This document shows positions 22,883 through 34,428 of a stretch of DNA of 64,000 nt, one piece after another (position 1 is the stretch's first letter; every line of letters begins with the position of its first letter). This DNA is from Leidyana gryllorum EB-2025a (Eukaryota > Protista > Apicomplexa): NCBI GenBank assembly GCA_048772705.1, contig JBLWGC010000230.1, positions 124,001 through 188,000 on the forward strand, read 5' to 3'. Under the pieces are notes generated by a model. The model saw only the letters and a program-made list of their open reading frames with translations, had not been told where the DNA came from and made no database searches. Both the position numbers and the translations under genes were made by a program.

Positions 22883-24395
22883 ATGCTTAGAGTGGTAGTA
22901 CCCTTCGACCTCACATGCGCGGACCTCACAGGGCTTACGGTGGGGGCCTTGCGAGTGGTGAGCAGATCCAGTTGCGGGGATGCGTGTCAGTTTCCAACTG
23001 GCATTTACGACCTTCTGGCCGAGAGACCGGTGATAGACGCGAGTACGATTGAGAAATGTGCCGGCTACTTAGCGGGCGAGCTCTCCCCACCGCCGCGAGA
23101 ATTCAAGTTCAGTGAAGGATTGGCGGCATTCTGCTGCACCCCCGTCGTAGAGTGGAACGCGGAGTCGATCACACACATGGCTTACGAATTGATAGACAGG
23201 TTGAGGGTTACTGTTAAACCATATCCTGCCGCTTTGGAGTGGTTCTTGGAGGCTTTCGAACAAGGACAACATGTATTGGCACTCACCGGAGATGTAGACC
23301 GAGCAGCACTCATTGTTAAGACGTGGCTCGAGTCCATCAATTCCTGCGACTCGTTCCTCAAACCGGAATCAAAACCCTCTGAGGACCAACGTACCCGTAT
23401 TGCTTCTGCTTTGGCAAATGTCAAATTTGTGACACTAAGCGAACTCCCCACCATCTTGGAGGAGTCAGACCGAAAGCAAACTATTGTTTTGATCAACAAA
23501 GAATCACATACTGCTGCATTCCCCGAATGGATGAATGAGGACAAACAGATATTTCAGCACATCACCAAGCTCCCGACACCGGTTTTGGTATCACAAAAAG
23601 ACTGGTGAGTGACAATCACCCTCTTACATCCTCAATCGATCTTCGCCGCGCAGTCCGCCGGTCATAATGCCCACAAAGTGCGCAAGTCGAACGCCTCTGA
23701 CTGTCGCTGCTTGGGGAAAATGGCTCGAAATGAGGTACGCATCAACTTCTCTCGCAACTCACCCTACATACAACTCCCCAATTCTACAGAGTTGAAGGTA
23801 TTCAAGGCAAAGTTATCCATGGATTCAAGCGAGGCTCCACTGAATTAGGAATGCCAACGGCCAATCTCGATGTGGAACTCAACTTTGGATGTGGAAAAGG
23901 TATATCTCTTCCAGTTCCAGGTGAGTAGCCCGACATATTCACTCCCATCAAACACTGCCTCTCTCATCAGGGGTTTTCACCGGTTGGTGTGCACTTCGTA
24001 CTGATGAAGGCAAAGATAGGATCTTCGGGTGTGTACTTAATGTGGGCTATTGTCCGTTCTACGAGAACGAGAAGCCCAGCATGGAGGTCCATATCTATCA
24101 TGCCTTTGCTACCGATTTTTACGGGGCGGAGCTGCGCGTGGATGTAACAGGAATGATCCGCTCTGAGGGTCGCTTTGCTGATTTCAGTACGTCCAAACTT
24201 GATTACAATCTTAATCCCTTTCCCACTACCATAGCCGATTTGATTAGTGCAATTCAAGCTGACTGTGAGATGTCTGAGAGTCTTTGGACCCATTTTGCAT
24301 CTCAAGACTTGCTTAAGTTGGATCATTCTGAAGCCGTTTTTCGTTATGGATCACCTTCGGCATCATTGGCACAATGGTCGACGGGGCCCAAGTGA
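22883..24395 (+). CDS. RFK: Riboflavin kinase fused to an N-terminal degenerate HAD-like domain
   Basis: Spliced exons give GKVIHGFKRGSTELGMPTANL, NVGYCPFYENEKPSMEVHI, DFYG, LISAIQAD; splicing across introns near 23605 and 23735 keeps frame with the 22883 ORF. Confidence 0.88.
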
Positions 24396-26103
24396 TTATC
24401 TTCCCAGTCATCGATTTGGCCTTTGGATATACTCGGAACAATGTCGATATCTTCCCTACAAACGAAGTTTGGGACGCCAGAGCCCAATACCTCCACACTT
24501 ACACTGGCCTCCACCAGCACCAGAAACATGCCCATACATACTCAATGATCGTGAGAAACGCGAAAAATCGTGCTGCACACACAATTCATCAATTACTTTG
24601 AGACACACATACCTGACCAAGTATTCGCGATGCATAACTTCTTCAGCTGATCATACACACTCGCTGGTTCTTCCAATACTATCTTTTGGTACACGTTCTC
24701 CTGCAAGCGAATGGCGTCAAGACGGTGGGGAAGGAAAGGAAACAACGAATCCTTTCTTTATCAGCACTTACCACGCGCCGGGCGACATCGTGCCACGAGT
24801 ACATCGTGGACACCTCATTGTGGACTTGCCATGGGTTCAGCTCGCCGTTCTCGACGCGTCGAACTTGACTGACAACAGCAGCTGCCAGAGCCTCGCCGTC
24901 AGGTTCGGTGAGCGTCACCAGATGGGGCGGCAGGACTTCGGGGACACCTCCCACGTCGGTCGACACAACAAAGAGCCCACAACTAGCCGCCTCCACTATA
25001 GCTATGCAGAAGGCCTCTGTGAGACTCGCGTTGAGAAATATATGACCTTGGCGGAGAGTGTAGCAGACCTCGTCGTTGGGAATAGCCCCAACAAAGGTCA
25101 CCCTATCGTGTAAACAGTATCTTTCCCGCATTTCCTCCAGGTGTATACGTTTGGGTCCATCGCCCCCGATCACGAATCGGGTGTTAGGACACCTCTCACA
25201 GACGAGGGGAATGCAATCGATCAGTAAATCACATCCCTTCCGATATGTTAGACGTGATACGATGCAGATGGTGATGACATCGGGCTTCTCAATGAATCCT
25301 CGTGGTGTCTTGGGATCGGGTGTGAAACGAGCAGCGTCCTTCGAAAGGGTGAACGATTTGAGCACAGGGAGAAGTCGGGCAACTTACTATGGCATTGGGA
25401 ATGACGCTCACCGTTTGTGGCGGCAGCGCGGCTCTCAGCACCAAATTCTCCTTGTTGGTATGTGAGACGCAGATGGCGTGGTCAACATTCATTAACCAGA
25501 ACTTGAGTACTTTGTTCATATGGATGGAGGCGGCGTCTCCAAACCCAAACAGCGAGTGATCAGTGAATACTGTGTGGTACCCAAGAGTGCGAGCGTGGAA
25601 GAGACACTCATGTGTCATCGAAGAAGAGGCCTGATGACCAGACGGTGGTGTAGCTCAAACCAAGTTGCGGTCAGATTCTCACCGACTAACCTGATGTCCG
25701 TGGAGGATGTCGACGTTCTCGCGTACGAGGATCTCACGCATTAGCGGCAGCGTATTGAATATCGTCGGCCATATGCAGCTTTCAATCATTGACAAAAGGG
25801 GAAAGTAATACACCTTGAGTCCATTACTCAGATATCGGATACCGTGGCGGTTTCGTCTGTCGATCAGATATCAACGCACCACTACTCGGGCATCAGCTTT
25901 TACCGGGAGTGAGTCAAAACAACCACCTTGTGGCCTCGGGCCAATAAACATATTGCCAGTTGGTACTGATGCATTTCCACCCCACCCAACCCCGGGAAGA
26001 AGAAGTCGGACGCCATACATATCGTCAGCTTCCTCCTCCCTATCGACTCTGAACCTACGGTCTCAGATTGAGGAATGGAGGCCTCCTCCAAATCAGCCGA
26101 CAT
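24344..26103 (-). CDS. PIGA: Phosphatidylinositol N-acetylglucosaminyltransferase subunit A (GPI anchor synthesis)
   Basis: [83 protein letters not shown]-terminal TM then EDIDIVP. Confidence 0.96.
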
Positions 26104-26283
26104 TTAAAATTAGGGTAAACTATAGTCACATTCGGATACCGCCAACACCCAATTCGATTTCGGTGACATTTACAACAGCGATGACAGACCTTTGACACCG
26201 TTCTCAGTGGCTTAGAAGTGATTTAGCCTCATAATCGGTGCATGAGCTTCGCGCCAAATCGCCAGTAGGTGGGGACCCCACAC

Positions 26284-26655
26284 ATGAAAGGAATATCACT
26301 AATCTGTACTGCGTTGGCCGCTCTCACATCCGCGGCTCCGGCCGAACAGAGAGCCCTCAGGTACGTCCCCCTATGATGCCACACACCACACACTCCACCC
26401 AGTCCTTGGGGCTTTGGATTTGGAGGCCCACACTTTGGCTTCGGGATTGGGTTCGGTGGCCATCATGGCTATGGTAGAGGCTTCTATGGACGTCCTTTCT
26501 ATGGCCGACCCTACGGCTATGGCGGTATTCGCCCTTATCGCTACAACTATTTCCGCGCTTATGAGAGAGGAGGCGGTCGCGAGGAGGCTTACCTCGAAGG
26601 TCTCCGTGAGGGTGAGGCCCTGGCCGAGGCCGAGGACGACTTTTATCGTCGTTGA
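26284..26655 (+). CDS. Small secreted Gly/Phe/Tyr-rich protein (two exons, not in ORF track)
   Basis: MKGISLICTALAALTSAAPAEQRAL|S; intron 26361-26402; PWGFGFGGPHFGFGIGFGGHHGYGRGFYGRPFYGRPYGYGG..EEAYLEGLREGEALAEAEDDFYRR*. Confidence 0.8.
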
Positions 26656-26828
26656 ATGAAAAAGCTTTTACATTTGTCTTTGATCGAATCGAATTGACCT
26701 GATTTCACTTCGGCCCATCATTTCTATATGATGGGGTTTGATTAGCATCGCTTAAGCCCACAAGGGACCCCACTGTCGCCTTATGCACGCAACATGCTTT
26801 TTGAGGGGTTGCACTGATCAATCTCACG

Positions 26829-27394
26829 ATGAAATTGGTGACTGTTTTCGCGATCTTCGCTGCTGTGGCCACTGCTGGCCCCAGCTCGCTGCGTTCTTTA
26901 CAGTGAGTGAAAGGCTGAATTTTGCCCTCATCTGAGACGATCTTAGAGAGCGTGACGACCGTATGGCTCGCCCCCGTCCGTATGAGCCCGGATTCGGACT
27001 CCCAGAAGGCGGTGACCGCCGTCCCGAGCGTCCGGAAGGACCCGACCGCCGCCCCGAGCGGCCCGAAGGACCAGATCGTCGTCCCGATCGCCGTCCTGAA
27101 CGCCCCGATCGTCGCCCCGGCCCTGACCGTCGTCCCGGTCCCGAAGGCCCCCCTGAGCGCACCTACCCGGTGTATCCTCCTCGGCCCCCTCGCCGTAGAC
27201 CCGGCTACAGACCTCCTCCCCCCGGCCGCCCCCGTCCCCCTCGCCCGGTTCCCACCTACCCAGTTACCCCCTGGATTCCCCCTACCTACGTTCCCGGCCC
27301 CATAATCACCACTACCGGAACTGGCAGCATTGGTGCTGCTTTCGAGGCTGGTTATCTCGCTGGTCAAGCATCTGCTGGACGCCGCGTTTTTTGA
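26829..27394 (+). CDS. Small secreted Pro/Arg-rich protein (PDRRPER repeats) with RSLQE motif
   Basis: MKLVTVFAIFAAVATAGPSSLRSL|QE; intron 26903-26946 joins in frame to ORF 26963-27394. Confidence 0.82.
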
Positions 27395-27695
27395 ATTTTA
27401 TTCGGGTTAATGAGCTGATGAAACACTATTTGCCCTATCAAAGTAACTGGGCCTGGAGAGATGCAGCCAATATCGGAGAACTGATTGCACATGGGATTTT
27501 AGCCGCCCTAACAGGCAGCGGAAGCTTAATGAAAGAAGGGGCACTCAGCTTGGTGGCTCTATGCACCATAACGTTTACCGCCTTCATTGCTATTGTCGGA
27601 ATATGGTCTTGGCGCCGCGACGCAAGTGATCGGAGGTTCTGGCGGGAGTATTTGTCCCGGAGTAGATCCGGGTATTATTGACTCGATGCGACAAA

Positions 27696-27717
27696 CCCCA
27701 TGTAAAAAACGCGTGCA
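27696..27717. promoter_or_regulatory. Putative cis-element pair CCCCAT + CGCGTGCA upstream of secreted gene 27752
   Basis: Same motif pair within 60 nt of the ATG. Confidence 0.45.
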
Positions 27718-27751
27718 CTTGCCTATACGCCTTGCAAACACGCATCGCAAC

Positions 27752-28294
27752 ATGAGGCTAACCCTGGCGCTGCTGACAGCTCTCGCCCTCAACTCCTCCC
27801 TCGCGGCCCCCACAAACAGACAATCCTCGAAGACCACTTCGTCTCGGCACACTCAGAGCAACCGTCGTCGGAGCCAGGGAAGTACACAACAAAATGCCAC
27901 TGCGGTGGCGGTCAACAACGTTCATGTGACCGTTGAGTGAGTCTCCATTTCAACCGGGACCCCGCACACTCCAATCCATTACAGAATCCGCAACAGGAAT
28001 AAGAACAAGAAGAAGACCACCAACACAAAACCACCCAGGAACCCCCAAGTGCCAACCAAATCCCCAAACGCTTCGCCCCACATTGCGAACTCGCAGATTG
28101 AGGATGCGATGATGACTGGAGGCGACGTCCAACCGTCTTTTCCCCTCATATCTGATGGAACTGGCCATTTCGGTCCCTTGTTTGACCACCGACATGGCTT
28201 TGTAGCACCTCTCAACCAAGGCATGCCCTATGCACAGCAGTTCTTTCGGGAAAGACCCTGGCTCGTCCCTCCAGGCGCACTTCGGCCTTTTTGA
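27752..28294 (+). CDS. Small secreted basic protein
   Basis: MRLTLALLTALALNSSLAAP signal; intron 27937-27984 joins in frame to ORF 28049-28294. Confidence 0.75.
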
Positions 28295-28377
28295 TAAAAT
28301 GTTGAGTGTGTGAGCCTGTTGCGCCCCCCACTATGGGGGTGTGGGCTCACAGACTTTCACGTGCATTATCAACCAAC

Positions 28378-28990
28378 ATGAAATTCTTGCCAATTCTTAT
28401 CACTGCGGCTTTGGCCCAAGGGCCTCACAGAATGTACGTATATTGTTATTTGTTGAATATATAGCACGGTACAGGCCCCCATCTGGCCGTTCCCCTGTAG
28501 GTGTCCACACCCCGCATAACGCTGCTGGACATCTTTCCCATCACGGACCCAAGCCTCAGCCCCGCGGACCGCCTCATCATCCTCCGCACCGCTTGCTCCA
28601 ACCTTTTGGACCTCCGCCTCCGTTGAGCGCTCACGGTCACGGACCCCACGGTCACGGACCCCACGGCCATGGCCCTCACGGTCACGGACCTCACGGTCAT
28701 GGACCCCATCGTCATCACGGTCATGGTCCTCATGGTCACGGCCACGGCCATGGTCACGGAGGTCCCTCCGGTGGTCCCCACATTCACCCACGCGAACTGC
28801 AGTGAGTGATGCAGAGCACTTCTGATGTGAGTCATCCGTTCGTAGAGCCTTCGAAGGCGCTTATATTCACCAATCAGGCCGCCCTTGGGAGCAATTCGGC
28901 TGGCATGGGCACAATGACCAAGAGGCCAACTTTTTGACTCCTCTTTATGGTCACGGTTTCTATCCGTCAGTAGGCCAATTCAACAACTAG
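28378..28990 (+). CDS. Secreted His/Gly/Pro-rich protein (HGHGP repeats) with RLLQ and RELQ motifs, three exons
   Basis: MKFLPILITAALAQGPHR; introns 28434-28474 and 28802-28845; last exon QAFEGAYIHQSGRPWEQFGWHGHNDQEANFLTPLYGHGFYPSVGQFNN*. Confidence 0.78.
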
Positions 28991-29028
28991 TCAAATGCAT
29001 ATACTGCCCCTTGACTCGAGTTTGAGCA

Positions 29029-30480
29029 TTAGAAGTGCGCCATTCCCTCGTCATGCGTAGCTGGGCCTTCTCCTTGGAGAGCGTCGTGCAGCCTTTGAGT
29101 GTAAGTCTCCAAAGCACTGACAATTGCTTGGTCGTTATTAAGCCGAGTCTGTAAGCAATTCCTGAATATGTGCCCAGCATCGCGCATACCTCTGCTTCGG
29201 TTCGAATTGCATTGTCCAGTCGATCCAAGCGGCTCAACAGTCGGCGCTGGAATGCTTGTGAATCCTCCAACTGCTTCGAGCGGTATTGCTTGATCTGTGT
29301 CTCAAACGATTCAACAACTTTATTCGTCCGATGCTACCGAGAGATTAGATCGCAGCTAGGGCATACTGTACCTGATCGTCTTCGAAGCGAGCCTGAACTG
29401 CTTGTTCTATGCTGTCTATTCGATCTGAGATGTCGCGTGTTCGAGTCTCGCGACAAGTCCGCATTGATTCCTGTGAGCACACCATCAATGTTTCGGAGTT
29501 TCTATCTTACTTTGATGTTGCGCATCTCGGTGAAACAGGAAGTGATTTCCTCTTCCCATCGTTGCGCTGATTCGTCCGACTCCATCATGGCAACTCTTTG
29601 TTCCAAGCCGCCTAAGCACCCAGTGGCTCTGGCAATCTCTTCATTCATCTTTTCGACATGGAGCTTGATTTGATTCTCAAGCTGTGCGCTAACATTGTGC
29701 AACTCTTGACGATATGCCTACAATGCGAGTGTCACAAAGTTCATTCTCATGACTTACTTGTTGTAGATTCCGCTGGCTCTCGATGCGGACCTTCACCTCT
29801 CCCATATGTTCATTTTGAATCTTCTTTAGAAGATCTTCTAGTGTGGAGAGCTTTTTGGTCTCGTCTTGAAGAGCTTGGTGTATTTTCTGATCGCGGTTTC
29901 GTTCACAAGCCCCCAATCTTGCATCAATAGCAGTAAAGTCCAACCGTTTCCGTGGCTCCTTCACGGGGGTGTAAGGAGCCATATGAGTGGTAGGAGCCGA
30001 CGGCGGAGTTGGACGAGGAGGAGGCAGAGTGATTCCCGCTCGGGTTGATGCCGTGTAGGTTCCTAAAGGATACCGACCTTGTTGCTGGACTCCCTCCTCG
30101 TAGCGGCGACCGTCACTGACTTCTGTCTCGTCTTTCGCACTGGCTATTGCTGCAGGTGTGGGTGGATTTCCACTTCTGTATGGATTGTCTTCGTTACTCC
30201 AATTATCGTGTTGTTGCCAACCAGATTCCAAGCGCCTGTCAAGGGGCAATCGACTCACACTGACACTCTTCCAGTGATCTGAAGCCGTAGGACTTTGTGG
30301 ATGTATCCGTTGTCGTGAAAGGTCTGGTGTGACCGATCTCGGGCACATGGCTTCGGTCGAAACGGATCCTAACCGCCGCGAGCTGTTGTCTACTGGCGCC
30401 ATCGGCCGTAGCCACTGACGGTAAATTGCCTTCTCGCCCTCACTTTGGCGTCCAATTTCAGGAAGGGCCGCTGGAGACAT
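29029..30480 (-). CDS. SF-assemblin/beta-giardin-like coiled-coil protein with disordered N-terminus
   Basis: Spliced C-terminus ..IRTEAE-TRLNNDQAIVSALETYTQRLHDAL matches the SF-assemblin terminal pattern; long coiled coil; four short introns. Confidence 0.68.
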
Positions 30481-30808
30481 CAGCACACGCGTGTGTTCGC
30501 AAATTTCATTGATCGAGCTCGTGGCATCGGGGAGGAGCTCTAGTGGGTTATATTGCTAAATGGCTACCCAGGCCGGCAGCCAGCTTATAGATTGCGGAGT
30601 ACGACAAAAGATGTGACGTATTACGATCGATAGCGTTCGCTCGAGAGGATGTACTCATACTCTTCATCACAAAATGTATAATGGCAAGATTCAACAAACT
30701 AACAACATGGGAAACGATATACTAACGCCATAGGTGATCCACGGCTAGGCCGCAGTTTCTGCCAGGACAGACTATAATGCGAGCAAGGCGATGGGGAACA
30801 CACGAAGT

Positions 30809-32772
30809 TCACCTTCGTTTGTGTCTTTGTGGTGAAGGAATATCCTGTCTCAGCGACCGATTGCAGGAGCGACGGCTGAGGGGCACGAAAGTGGCCGTGT
30901 GTACATGTGTATCAGGAAGGTCATCTGAGCCCTCACTATGTTCAAGCGGCAGCTGCGGTTCAGGTCCTGCGACTAGTGATTGAGTCGCTGCCCTGCGCTT
31001 ATTGGCGGCGGAGGATAGTGCGGTGACCTCCATCGTCTTTGTCTGAAGTCCAAACCGCGCACGTCTGGACACTAGAGTGAACTCGGCGGCAAAATCATCA
31101 TGCTGTCTCACACCGGTCAATTCCGACGGTTCCAAACCAGCAGGTTGACCTCTACGGCGTTTGAAGGGCTCGGAGTATTGGCGCTGTGCGGCTTCTGGGA
31201 CGGGGCTCGCTCCTGTTCCCGAAGTGGTATGATGTGCACCAGAGTCCATATGGGAGGCCATAGTTGCCCTGGTTGAAGGGGTATCAGTCATACTCGGTGA
31301 GATGACGGCGAGCAGCTCTGCTCGCAACTCCACCGGCAGCAGCTTGATCAACTTTTCTTTGACCGTTGATGGCGACACCAACAGTCGGAAGTCCTGCACC
31401 TGAAAGAGCTTCATCAACGCTCCGTTCAGACAGGTGAATGTACAATAAGCTCGGAAGATGTGACTGTGCCACTCCTTTATTGGACAAGCCTCATCGAAAA
31501 GCCAACTGTGCGCCAGAAACACCTAGAAGGATGAAAATGAAGTTAATGAACAAGTTATCATGGGATATTAGCCGGAGTTCCTCTGTCTACCCTGCTTGCT
31601 ACCCTGGGTGTGTGATTGTACTGTTGAGCATAGTATACTAATACAAAGTGTCCCGCTGGATGTATCAGCAGCACGTAAGGGCAAGCAGACCAACGAGGAG
31701 CGGTTCGGCGTTCTGAGTCGCTTGGTTCGGGGCTCACCTGAAGCAAAGCTATATATACTTTTTCGATGGTGTCTGAGACGTTCAAGCGTATGAACACTTG
31801 ATCAATATGGACTGCAGCGACTGCAAAGACGCAAAGGATATCATCTATCGGATAGTCGCAGGACCGTAGCATGGCCACCGCACGAAGACAGAGGTCTTCA
31901 TGTTTGTGTGGTCGCCGGCTACGAGTCTGCTCTTGGTCCAGATCCAGTCCTGCAGCGCGGGTAATCAACGCGTAATACCCGCGGGCTGTAGCTGTAAGCA
32001 GCTCAGACTCGGGGAGGCGTTTTTGTACCATGCTGAGGACCAGATTTATGAGAACCGTGTCCTGATACTCTTTCGGGGGGCAGCTGGTCAAACCGCGGGG
32101 ATCGAGGTCGCGATTGACGGGTGGAAGCAGGCGCTCCAGTACGGTCCTGCTTTGCCGTGACATAGTGAGCGGTGATGCGACCTTTCGCACACGGGGAGGC
32201 CGGGCTGTGGGTACACTGCCTCTGCTTTGATCTTTGTCGCGTTGCGGAACGAACACGCTGTAGTCATTTGAGAAACCGCGGGACCGTCCACTCGGCAATG
32301 GTATATCGAAATCAACAAGTTCAGTCATGAAACCTGAGCTAGCGGTCTCCCAAGCCAACGTAGACGTTCGGCCTGAGCGGACGGAGCGGACAACTCCAAG
32401 TGCATTTTGACGAACAAAGGGCATGGATGACCGCACTTTGGGAAGGGGCTCCTGAATGACCTCAGCTTCCGCGATGAGGTTAGAAGAAGCATAAGGGGCA
32501 GCGGAGGAGGGGGCGTCGTCTTCCTCGGCAACTACCAGGAGCGGTGTGCGCTGACGCGAGTAGTGTACAGGGGATTGGTGCCACCGTTTTGCGGTGGATG
32601 CGGTCGTAGATGAGTCCTCACGGCGGAGCTTGACCACGTGATAACCCTCTGACCACTCGTTCCACACTCTGGCGGGGTACTTTTGCCGGCAAGTGCAGAA
32701 AAGAGTGTGTTATGGACTCACAGCGAAGACTCCAGCAGGTTCACACAGTACCAAGTTGGAGGACGATGGCAT
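30809..32772 (-). CDS. Conserved alveolate-type protein, possibly cyclin-fold
   Basis: Splice 31737>31523 gives YIALLQVFLAHSWLFDEACPIKEWHSHIFRAYC..LNGALMKL; 5' exon (ATG 32772, intron 32680-32721) tentative. Confidence 0.55.
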
Positions 32773-32959
32773 CTCACGACATCTCAACAGCCACTAAAAA
32801 ACCACCACCGAGTCGACTCGCCCGACTGGGTCAGAAAACTTAACACCAATAAGGTAGCTCTATCTGGTCCAGGTAGCCTTAAACTATTTTTTTGCCCAGC
32901 AACAGCCTATTGGGAAGCAGCCACACGTCGGGAAAAGACAACAAGGTGCCGGCCGAGCA

Positions 32960-33336
32960 ATGTCGCTATTCTGTCCCACCTGTCACAACCTCTTGCACCT
33001 GGGGGATGGCGTAAATAGTGCCGGTCAAGGTATGAAGTTTTCATGCTCAAACTGCCCGTATATATTTCAAATCACTGAGAAAGTAAAGCTTAAAAAGTAC
33101 CTTACGCCTCGTCCTCCTGATGACGCGGTATCAGCCAAGGAGGAGATGCGTAAGGCGGCCAAAACGTCAGGTAGGAACTCGTATTTCGATAGATTGGCTA
33201 ATTCTGATCAGCTGTGTGTCCGGAATGTGCTCACAACGAGGCCTATTTCTTCCAAATGCAAATCCGGTCGGGTGATGAGGGCTCAACTACGTTTTTTTGC
33301 TGTACTGAGTGCGGCTCTCGCTGGAAGGAGGAGTAA
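32960..33336 (+). CDS. RPC11: RNA polymerase III subunit C11
   Basis: MSLFCPTCHNLL..CSNCPY; intron 33171-33211; CPECAHNEAYFFQMQIRSGDEGSTTFFCCTECGSRWKEE zinc ribbon. Confidence 0.92.
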
Positions 33337-33377
33337 ATCAAACCAAGTAGCATCAACAAAAATTCGGGACTCTCAAC

Positions 33378-34391
33378 ATGGCGGATGGCAAGGTTATGCA
33401 GAAGTACTATCCTCCGGACTTTGATCCGGAGGCCCTCCGCCGCAACAAAGATGTCGTCCGCCAAGTACAACGCGCTCGCCAAGGCAAACATCGCCGAGGC
33501 CCTCGCATGATGGAGATGCGTATGATGTTTCCCTTCACGCTGTTTTGCGAGAATTGTAAAGACTTTGTATACGTCGGTACTAAGTTCAACTCGAAGGTCG
33601 AAAGGGCTCGAGGCGAAGACTACCTCGGGATTCCGATTTGGCGCTTCTATGGTCGCTGCCCACACTGTCGACACCAAATCGTCTTCCGTACCGATCCGAA
33701 AAACACGGATTATGTCCTGGAATCAGGAGGTACCCGAACCTATGATTCTAACCGGGATGTCAACCTGGCTGAAGCGGCATTGAAAGAGGCGCAAGAACAG
33801 GAAGTCAAAGGCGATGCAGTCAAAGCACTGGAAGTGAAGAGTTACTCGACCGCCGAGGAGCTGCGGACTCTGGAGGCTCTGGACGATCTGAGGCGTTTAA
33901 ACCGGCGACTCATGACGCGACCGGACCAAATCTCCGACTTCATCCTCCAGAAGACAAAGGAGAGAGACGAGGCTGAACAGGAAGCCTTGGACGAAGAGGA
34001 GATGCAATGGGCCAAAGCCATTTTCGACAAGAAGGCGCTGGGCTGGTCGGATCACTCGGACGATGAGGAGGAGCTCAACGAAGCACCAGTGGCGGACGGG
34101 GCTCCTTCAGATGAAGAAGACGATTTCTCGGACGACGGTGACGACAGTGGGGGTGAGGAGGAAGAAAATAGTGGCCCGAAGGGGAAAGTGGGGGAGTCTG
34201 AGCCGTCTGCACCGGCCCGCCCTGCACGCTTCTTTGAAGCTTCCAAGTTGGACATCGGGGTAGACAAGTCTAAACCATTGCCGCCCACGGCTCGGAGGGA
34301 CAACGTCGAAGAGGATTTGGACAGTCTGTTGCAGGAATTGGACGAGGAAGACGATGCAGGAACCTGTCCTCCACGCAAACTTGCCCGTTGA
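33378..34391 (+). CDS. YJU2: Splicing factor YJU2/CWC16 (CCDC94 family)
   Basis: KYYPPDFDP, RMMFPFTLFCENC, GTKFNS, YLGIPIWRFYGRCPHC, TDPKNTDY. Confidence 0.93.
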   Translation: MADGKVMQKYYPPDFDPEALRRNKDVVRQVQRARQGKHRRGPRMMEMRMMFPFTLFCENCKDFVYVGTKFNSKVERARGEDYLGIPIWRFYGRCPHCRHQIVFRTDPKNTDYVLESGGTRTYDSNRDVNLAEAALKEAQEQEVKGDAVKALEVKSYSTAEELRTLEALDDLRRLNRRLMTRPDQISDFILQKTKERDEAEQEALDEEEMQWAKAIFDKKALGWSDHSDDEEELNEAPVADGAPSDEEDDFSDDGDDSGGEEEENSGPKGKVGESEPSAPARPARFFEASKLDIGVDKSKPLPPTARRDNVEEDLDSLLQELDEEDDAGTCPPRKLAR

Positions 34392-34428
34392 CAGCAGAGG
34401 AGCAGTCGCTTCTTCCTCTTTGAGTCGT

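Noticed and set aside
33255-33285. RPC11 QIRSGDEG instead of QTRSADEP
   Set aside because: Catalytic DE retained; ordinary divergence
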